DNA of 57,746 nucleotides, filler included, from Perkinsus olseni (Eukaryota): NCBI GenBank assembly GCA_013115125.1. It is 2 parts of 2 records of this genome, joined end to end, with 100 filler letters (N's around TTAATTAATTAA, not from the genome) between each part and the next. Parts side by side here need not be neighbours in the genome. Positions count along the whole stretch, not along the records: positions 28,991 to 57,746 come from JABANN010000442.1; 1 more part is not named here. One strand, 5' to 3'. Shown piece by piece: positions 49,800 to 57,746 of this stretch (position 1 is its first letter; each line of letters starts with the position of its first letter). The notes under the pieces were generated by a model. It saw only the letters and a program-made list of their open reading frames with translations, ran no database searches and was not told where the DNA came from. The position numbers and the translations under genes were made by a program.

Positions 49800-50717
49800 C
49801 TAACGGGCAGCACTCTCAACCCGAGCGTCCTGGGCGTGGCCGAAAGTGTGATCCATGTACTTGAAGAACTGATGAAAATTCACAGTTCCTTTGTGATGAT
49901 GCAGCTGGTGCCTCAGCGATCCTCCGAATACCCAAGGCCACACCCTGTGACTGTGCCAGGGAGCATCGTATCCACTATGAGCTTCGATAAGAAGATAAGT
50001 TACAATGAGATTATGAATGTAGCGGGACAAAGGATGCTTCGTGGTCACCATGGGCAGCGGCGTGAAATGTTGGACGGCAATGTTAACCATCACCTGCACC
50101 GCTCCGTCGGCAAAGTGTTGTTTGAATGTATTCAAGGTCGTCAATTGTTTCTGAGAATAACTATCATGATGCGGGCGATGTAAAGAGATCCACCAGGCCG
50201 GAAACAAGTCCGGTCGGTGGAAGCTGTAGTGTATAGGGTAGAACAGAGCATCGTATAAAAATACCCCAACAGCCACTTCAACGGACAGACGTCCGACTGT
50301 CGGAGTCTCGTAAGCGGCAGGATTGATTCTGGGGTTACCCAGAAGAAGATAGATGTAGATCGACAAAAGGTAACCAACTGCGTTGGATATATACCAGTAC
50401 CACACTTCCTTATGGTAGACTGATGTTGCCGAGCTTCCATCAATCTTAGGGCAGCCAAACATCCACAGATTAGCACAGACTGTCGACCAAATAGCAAAAC
50501 CCATCACTGACAGAAGTGCTTCGAACATGAGAAACTCGTGCAACCTGGCACGAAAACAAGCCCGCCAGAGATCAGCCGCGTAGCCATCGAGGGCGTCACC
50601 GAGGCCGAAGATGTTCGCAGCATAGCCACCAAATATGATGATAACCCCAGAGCGAATAACCGCTGAAGTCCTGCGAAACGAGGGTTTCACAGGATCGAAT
50701 ATTGCCGGGACGGACAT
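49800..50717 (-). CDS. Fatty acid hydroxylase / sterol desaturase family membrane di-iron enzyme, intronless
   Basis: His boxes HYSFH, HRPHH, EAHSGYD and HQLHH, DHTFG near the C-terminus, and several transmembrane segments. Confidence 0.9.
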   Translation of the reverse strand: MSVPAIFDPVKPSFRRTSAVIRSGVIIIFGGYAANIFGLGDALDGYAADLWRACFRARLHEFLMFEALLSVMGFAIWSTVCANLWMFGCPKIDGSSATSVYHKEVWYWYISNAVGYLLSIYIYLLLGNPRINPAAYETPTVGRLSVEVAVGVFLYDALFYPIHYSFHRPDLFPAWWISLHRPHHDSYSQKQLTTLNTFKQHFADGAVQVMVNIAVQHFTPLPMVTTKHPLSRYIHNLIVTYLLIEAHSGYDAPWHSHRVWPWVFGGSLRHQLHHHKGTVNFHQFFKYMDHTFGHAQDARVESAAR

Positions 50718-50869
50718 GCCAAGACGCTCGCTGCCACGTTACTGCTATACGAAATCACGACAATGTCGCTGACAAGAATTTCGGTAAAATGAACTCAACC
50801 GGGTGGGTGAGCAGAAACGCCTACACGATCACACGGCTAGTTTCGGCTGAGGAAATGATCGTCACGTGA

Positions 50870-52631
50870 TGCATGAAGAATACTAAGTTCTGGGGATTAG
50901 GTCGACAGCTCCGCAGCTCGTCGATTCTGGGAGGCTTCGAATTGAAGGTCCACAATCCACTTGGCAGTGAGGCTGCCGAGGACGCTGCCAGTTAAACCAG
51001 CTGCAGCCAGAAGGACTCTGGAGCAATAGAGGGGTCCCGATAAGACGAGGCGGTCGCTCATTCGGTTATCACTTCCTTTCGTTGCCTTCTCGCGATTCCG
51101 TGTATCCTTTGGCGCAGCCGATCAACATTTTAGAGCCAATTGCTCCACCAATGGCGGAAGCCACAGCACGTTTCCGCTGCAACTCGATGGATGCTGGTGA
51201 AACTCCTAAGCAAAGACGAGAGCAGCCTTTCCAAGCTCTGGCGTTTGCAGATCTCATCAGCTCCTCATAACGGAGTACGCAACCAAGCCTATAAGAACCA
51301 CTGGGATGCCAGCGGACTCTCCTGTGAGATCGACCCGCGAAGTTCACAGTGTAAGCTCTCACCTTCGGCATCGTCTAATTTGGTGAGTCGGTTACAAGTC
51401 GCCGCTGTGTGGATGCCGACGGAGGCCACCTCCGCCATAACCGGGCCGAAAACGGAGGAAACCACAGCCTTGCTACCTCCTGACCAACAAGCGAACCCCC
51501 GTTAATAATCTCAGTACATATTTCGAAAGAACTGGCTTTTACGCGGTCTTCGGAAGCTTGACCGTGGTGTTATGTCGAATAGACACCGTCTACAGACCAG
51601 TTCTCGGGAGTGGTCGAATGGCCCGAAGCGACGTTATCTCACCCGCCATCATCCCTACAGTAAGGCCCTCGGTGGCTGCGTCGGTGACCGAGCGCTGCCT
51701 TGCCCACGCTGATATGCTGTAAAGAGCAGACGCACAGACAGCCGACGCTAACCCCGAGGTCAAAACAAGGCCCCCTCGGGGAATTGGAAGGACCTGATAT
51801 CGGGCTTATGGTCCAACTCGCGTGAGGAACTCCGTACCTTCAATTCACCCGAGCTGTCCTCATGTGAGCTACCCGGGAAAGAAGTGGTGACGGTCGAGCT
51901 TCCCTTGACACTCTGCGAGCTGGAAGGGTTCGAGACTGACTCCGCACTTCGTAAAGAATACAAAGAGGTGCTTGGCCCGCTAGCGGTCGTACCTGCACCA
52001 TCACCACGCCATGACGACCCACTGAGAGGAGCGAACGCTCACTCATATCCGTTATTGGTGTATCTTTGGTTGCCGCTGGTTGTGTGTCGATGTGGTAGCT
52101 CGGAATGTAAATATCTTCGCCCGGAAGGCTCTCGATGCTTCGAGAGTATCTGTGGCCATCTCTCTTTCTCGGTGTCGCACAGCCGACTCACAAAACGTCT
52201 AGGTTGGAAGCCAGCAACGATCCAGCTTGTGACGGTACCGGCACTGGATAGTAAATATCCTACTAAGAACCAGACTACCATACCCGCACCACGGCGTTGG
52301 GCAGTAGTCGATTTAAACCTCGGAACCTCCCCGCTGGAGGTACTTGGTCCGCAAATGCTCTCACATCAATGTAAGATTTAGTGAGGCTTTTATAATTCCT
52401 GAAATCACCCAGGAGGTAGTCCATAGTCGACCGGACGTATCCTCGCATCTGGAAGTGCATGTCGCCGGTCGAAAGAGCATTGCTTTGAGTGCTACTTTGG
52501 AGAGTCCGTCCGGGCCCTCGTTTTCGGTTTCATCTTCCTTCTCTCGTCTTCGCCATCCTGTACGACTTGAGGGAAATCCGAGGTCGACGCCAGTTGTCAT
52601 TATAAATTCAACGTACTTGTCAAAACCATGA
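50870..52631 (+). CDS. Hypothetical multi-exon protein
   Basis: Exon-like pieces ELPLTLCELEGFETDSALRKEYKE, WKPATIQLVTVPALDSKYP and HSRPDVSSHLEVHVAGRKS with GT-AG-like borders. Confidence 0.35.
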
Positions 52632-52759
52632 CTGTTGTTGCTGCGTCGCAGCTCATTCCCGAGGGCGCGCGCGAGTAACGTAGGAAACTCCGAGGATTTG
52701 GAAAATCCTGGCCGCGCAAGTCTCTAAAGTGGTTTGTTACTCTTAGAATCAGCTTCTTT

Positions 52760-54061
52760 TCTTTGATACCGATGAAGACTTTCAAGAAGTTAGTGCAAGG
52801 GCGGCACAAGTCGATGTCTTCCCGTGAGAAGAAGGCCCTCCGTGATAACACAGACGGCTGTGACCCCGGCGGATACCCTTGGCGGGATTTAGCCTTGTTG
52901 GCCGTCAACACTCGTACAGAGTCGGACAGAGGGTAGAGATCCTGCGGGTGTGGAATTGATCGGTTTATTCTGAATCATACCCGAGTACTACTTACGGACT
53001 GCTGGGAATGATAACGTTACGTGGTACGAGCACTTCGATGTATTACGCTCACATTCCTCGTGCTCTCCCCAGTCGTATTCCATCTTCCTGGTGAGCTCGC
53101 GACCTACATTTGCGTGTTTTTATCAGCCCATGCTGGTCCAATGGGGAAGAGTGACGTACTAGCGTACAGAGTGGCGTAGTTTCCGTAGAGGACTCTGAGC
53201 TACTGAGTGTGTCTGGGTCAATAGCGGCATCCGAGGTTAATACAGCGCGGGGAAATTAGTTGATCGTGAATATTTCCCTTGGATAAATCTCCTTCACGAA
53301 CGCAACTTTGACCGTTTCAGTACACCTCTTCTACGACGCAATTTTTGAGATGCGGCACCCTTGCGAGGAATCTGGGTTGACATTTCACGCGAATGGAAGC
53401 GCTCGGGGTTTCCCGGCAGAGGGGGTAAAGTACAAAATCCAAGGGACAAGCACAAGTACAAAATCCAATCATGTATGTGCTGTTCTGTTCAGCCCTATCG
53501 ACTCGACTGGGCCCAACCTCTCTAGCAGCAGCAGAACTAGAGATGTTAACATCACTACACGGATAGACTTCGGGGAGGCTGAGAGGCGGATACGGCAGTT
53601 GACGGAATCCCAAGATCCAGCAGTACGATAACGTCTTGGAGGGACATTGTTCCGACTCCTTTCATAGGTTCAAGCGCATCAAGCGTTCGTGAAGAAGTGC
53701 CCCGCCATACCCGAGGACATGAAAGATGACAGTTTAGTGAAAGCAGCCGCCAATGTATTGATAAGGGTCTTCGGACCAGGTGCGCATCGCTTTGAAGGTA
53801 CCAACGGAAATAGCGGTAGAGATGATAAAGCAAGTTCCGTCGGTTAACAGAGTTCGTTATCGGCTAGTGCCATCGAGAATCAAAGAAGATGACTTCTGGC
53901 AGAGATACTTCTACGCTATCCTCCTAATCTACCGGGAGGAAACTTCTTGGGACGATTGGACGGAGGTCGACTCGAATGGCGGCGGGGGAGATTTGAACCC
54001 GGGACCTCGGCGAGATGGTGTTAATGAGAAAGATAGACCCCCAATCGACCTGCTCGACTAG
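52760..54061 (+). CDS. BSD-domain protein, multi-exon; 5' end uncertain
   Basis: Last exon contains EMIKQVPSVNRVRYRLVPSRIKEDDFWQRYFY, matching the BSD consensus LVP...E..FW.RYF. Confidence 0.7.
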
Positions 54062-54240
54062 TGTTCTTTCAAATGGCTTGCGCTCCCCGTTGGGCATTTG
54101 AGTTCAAGGGTACAGTGTGGTACGTGGCGATATCTTAAGGAGGCTGACCTGCGACGCAGATTGAGGCCTACCCTCCCGATGGGCTGATAGATCTTGGCCC
54201 GCCCGGCGTCGCTAGGATCCATTCGAGTTTCGTTGCTATT

Positions 54241-55529
54241 ATGGCTCTGAGGAGAACCTCCGCGAGGTTCCTAGCGGTAACCAAGACGACGGCAGGGCCC
54301 TCCCGGTGGGCCAAGAAAGAGCACGTGAAGCGTGTGCCGGCTGCAGACAATGTCGACGGTAGCGGAGCGGTGCTCCTAGACGACCAGGTGAGTTGTGGCG
54401 CTGTGATCGGAGATACAGCCCAGCGGTGTCTTTACAGTTACTCTCCCGTTTCCATACGCCGCATCAGCTAGCGTCTTTGCTCGCCAGCACCCTGCAGCGG
54501 CCCGATCTTTCTGAAGACCCACGTATACTTCGCAAGCTTGAAGATAAGATACGTGTCCGATTACTCTCCTTCTCCCATCTGGAGCTGTCGGACTTGCTAT
54601 CATGTTACGCTCGACATGGTAGCGATGTTGGCGCTGATTTGGCGACGGAACTGTGGAGCATCATCTCCGATGAACTCAAGTATATGGACGCCCATCTCAG
54701 TGTTGGTATCATCACACGGGCTCTGCTAACTTGTGGACGCCACGTCAGCTTTGGTGACCATCAATGGGATGCTATATCGCTGAAGATACCGCAGCTGGAA
54801 ACTCGAGACTTGATCAATCTCGCCGCGGCAATTGGACGACTTTATTGCCCTGATGAGTTCATAAGAATCCTGCGAGACCGAGCCGCAGTTTTGGCAGCCG
54901 AAGGTCGCTTGGACCACTACCAGCAGGTCCAGTTGGCGCTGTCCACTGGTTCGCCCTTGCCGTCCGACTGTACAGTGGCCCCGTGGACGCAGCTGGTAGC
55001 GGCGGTCGCCTGGGGGCTACCACTACCTGGCGGAAGTTCGGAAACGGCTCGCGCGGCAAGTCTAAGGTCAACTCCGAAGCAGGCCCAAGATGCCCTTTGG
55101 GGTTACGTGGGGGTGTGCGAGACTACGGGTGAGGTTGGTGACTCTGACTTAGCGGCGGCCCTTCACCGTCGATCCGAAGCGGCCGAGTGGGCGGACCCCT
55201 TGGTCAAGTTCCAGACCGTGGTTGGTATCCGAGGTTTGTGGGGCGTGGATCCGGGGGGACCAACAGAGGCTCCGCCCGATTGTTCTTACCTCGGGGTTTC
55301 CAATCTGCCAACTGCGGACGGCTGGCATTCTCGTAGTATCCTCGCTGGGTACGGCGTGGACACTTACAATGCTGACAGGGGTATCGCCGGCGATCTACTA
55401 CGTCGCAGTGAACCCGAGGCACGAACATTTGCCCGCATTAAGCGCGTTCAAGTGAAGCGTCTTACGGGAGTGATCTTGGAGTCTTTCAGGCTACCCGCTG
55501 AGCTGCTTCAGTGGCGCGCGACTGCATGA
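54241..55529 (+). CDS. Probable mitochondrion-targeted helical-repeat protein with degenerate RAP-like C-terminus (2 exons: 54241-54387, 54438-55529)
   Basis: Basic presequence MALRRTSARFLAV and an in-phase 50-nt GTGAG..CAG intron. Repeats LLSFSHLELSDLLSCYARHG and QLETRDLINLAAAIGRL; C-terminal AGYGVD...FARIKRVQVKRL. Confidence 0.6.
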
Positions 55530-55684
55530 TCGAAGCGTTTCAGATTCTTAAGGCCGTTATCGTTCTCGTATCCTTGGGCGTGCGCGTTCTGATGCCCGCT
55601 TTCGCATATCCCCTTGGTGGATCGGTGTGGAACATATCTTGACTGCTGTCAGGCCCCTTTTGCTTGGGTTATATCCCCTTTCTT

Positions 55685-56397
55685 ATGCCCAACTACGAGA
55701 TACGAAACACCTTCATCCATCTAGAGAGACGGTCGAGCGCTCGGCGCAGCAAATCCTGCGAGGCTCCGAAGAAAGGTAGGACAGTAGCCCATCGTTGACA
55801 AGTTGCCCGCGACTAGTTTTGTGTGTGATGGCTCATCGTCATGTTTTAGACTCTCCTCGTGGCGATGACTCTTGCAGCGAGAACGGTGCTGAGACTAGAG
55901 TTAGAAGAAGTCGAAGATTGTCGTCGTCGCCGCGCAGAGTGACGGCTCGGAGTGCCCCATCTGACAACACTTGCTTCGAAGGTGGTTATTCAGTCGTTAT
56001 GACGCTTGTGCGGTCGGTTGGCTCCTTGGGTCATGCGGACAAGCAGTGTCGGCCGTGCGCTTTCTACTACGGCAAAGGTTGTTCGCGAGGCACAGAGTGC
56101 ATGTATTGCCACGACTGTCCTCCGCCCAAGAATAGTATACAGTCTCAGCAGCGGCTACTGGGTGTTGATAACGGCCTGCTAGGGCCCAAACCTGCGATGC
56201 CGCCAGATTTTGGCGGAGTTGCGGCACAAGATCCCTATGTCGGCCACTACGATCCTTATGCATTGCCATTCGACTTCGGTATGCAGGGTATGGGAGAGTT
56301 TCACGACGATAGGCACTTTTGGCTGTCTCCTCCCCCTGATCTCCCCCTCCACGCTCCTCCGGTGTATCCCAACCCATTCACCTTCGCTAGACGATAA
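55685..56397 (+). CDS. C3H1-type zinc-finger protein with N-terminal RNTFIH motif
   Basis: Exon 1 reads MPNYEIRNTFIHLERRSSARRSKS (GTAGG donor at ~55776). Later SVGSLGHADKQCRPCAFYYGKGCSRGTECMYCH and a Pro-rich tail. Confidence 0.75.
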
Positions 56398-56599
56398 TGT
56401 GTTTTCGGCGTCAGTGGTAATTCTACTGAATGGAATCAAGCTGTTACGAATGATGAGCCATCCATGCGTAGTGGTGATGATGGGTGAGTTAACAGTTCTT
56501 TTTCTTCTTGTGTTCAGTACAAACACCAAGGAATCCAATGAAGTTTGCCCGATCTGCTTTTTCGGCTGAAACGGCGTGGATTAAAGTTGCTCTTTCTGC

Positions 56600-57746
56600 A
56601 TGGTAAATTGCAGTGGCCAGCTCCTAATGTTAATCACCTCGGTCGTATCCTTTGGAATTGTTGATCATGCAGAGAGTTGACCTCAGGCAAGGTACGTGAG
56701 GGGTTACATCTTGGATCCGTCGTGGTGACAAGTCTATGTCCCTGACCCGTGATGCAATCGGGATTTACCTGTGTCACTGTCCAGTCAATGGCAATGACCG
56801 TTCGACTCCCGGGGGGAGCGGCGACCATTCTCGACTTGAAGAATGAAGTTCACGAAGCATTACGTCCGTGTCACAGGTGTACTACCTTCACGGCCACCGT
56901 CGTCTAGTCTTCATCATACAATTCATTGCCTCATCATACAATTCATACAGTTCAAGAAATCGATCTGTTGGGCACACTCGCCACAGTAACTGGTATGAGC
57001 GTCACGGTATGCGTAGAACTAATGGTCAGAGCGCGCATAAGAGTCCTGCAATGCGCTGACACCTACCGCTAGCTGAGACCGACCGAGTTGTGTGCCAAAC
57101 ACAAAATAGGGGACGAGCAAGGTGAGGTGACGACTCAGGCTCGAACTGTACCTCCAAGCACATGTGCTTTCCAAGTCTTTTCGACAAGAATGCCACAGTC
57201 AACATCGATACTAGGCTGTAAAAAAGCTCCTCCCTCCGAGTGGAGATTTTCAGGCTATCCCGCTTGGAATCTTAAATCACCTTGGTCATCCGCCAACCCA
57301 TCGACATAAGAACGAGGAAACCTCTAGCTGTGGTCCGACACCTCCTCGAGACCGTCTCGAGGAGGTGTCGGACACCTGGTGTCCCCTCTCGCGGGTTCTG
57401 CTTTCGCGTATGCCTCTCCCAACCTCAGCGTCTATGGGTTTCCTCACCACGGAGGTCGAGGGCCACAACCCCATCGAAAATGGAGCCCACTGTCAAGAAG
57501 TCGTCGGGTGCGGTGGGTATCCAACAAACCCTTCTCAACGTATCCTTGAGCTTTTCTACCTCGTGAACACTGTGTTTAGTGACGTCATAATATACTCCGC
57601 GGACAGGAGAACGTGAGATGCTGAACCTCGCAGTGAACGGGCGAACATGACAGACCCTTTGACATCTCACACTTGAAAGGAAGGAGTGTCACTGATACGT
57701 TCTGAGTCAGAACTGTCATAGTCTCGCCTGTCGTCCGAGTAGATGT
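56600..57746 (-). CDS. Hypothetical multi-exon protein running off the window
   Basis: Exon-like pieces SPVRGVYYDVTKHSVHEVEKLKDTLRRVCWIPTAPDDFL and RMVAAPPGSRTVIAIDWTVTQ. Confidence 0.35.

Noticed and set aside
53980-54012. Minus-strand GGTCCCGGGTTCAAATCTCCC, T-arm-like
   Set aside because: The stem pairs poorly, there is no other tRNA arm, and it lies within the BSD coding exon.

Overview
This is a gene-dense eukaryotic window with many short GT-AG introns, RAP/HPR repeat genes and a 'RNTFIH' + C3H1 gene; it is most consistent with a Perkinsus-like alveolate (inferred). It holds an aquaglyceroporin, a bromodomain+ET gene, three RAP/HPR-type genes, a pterin carbinolamine dehydratase, two J-domain genes (one possibly fused to SH3), a tandem-Neuralized gene, a METTL21-like methyltransferase with a decayed tandem copy, a CFAP210-like coiled-coil gene, an FkbM methyltransferase, a fatty-acid hydroxylase/sterol desaturase, a BSD gene, degenerate retroelement remnants, and an artificial N44-TTAATTAATTAA-N44 linker. 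The main result is a 3,168-bp Dada-like DDE transposon (46319-49486) with no terminal inverted repeats that splits a minus-strand tRNA-Asp(GTC) gene into halves (49487-49531 and 46287-46318), with a 5-bp duplication (CTCCT). The conserved transposase frame begins at the first base of the element's left end with no nearby start codon of its own. The right end carries an outward-facing ATG, a ~115-nt polypyrimidine tract and a CAG acceptor; the ATG frame joins the transposase in frame if the two ends are fused. This suggests a circularly permuted transposase gene completed only in an excised circle or tandem array (hypothesis). Exon boundaries of multi-exon genes were read by eye and are approximate.
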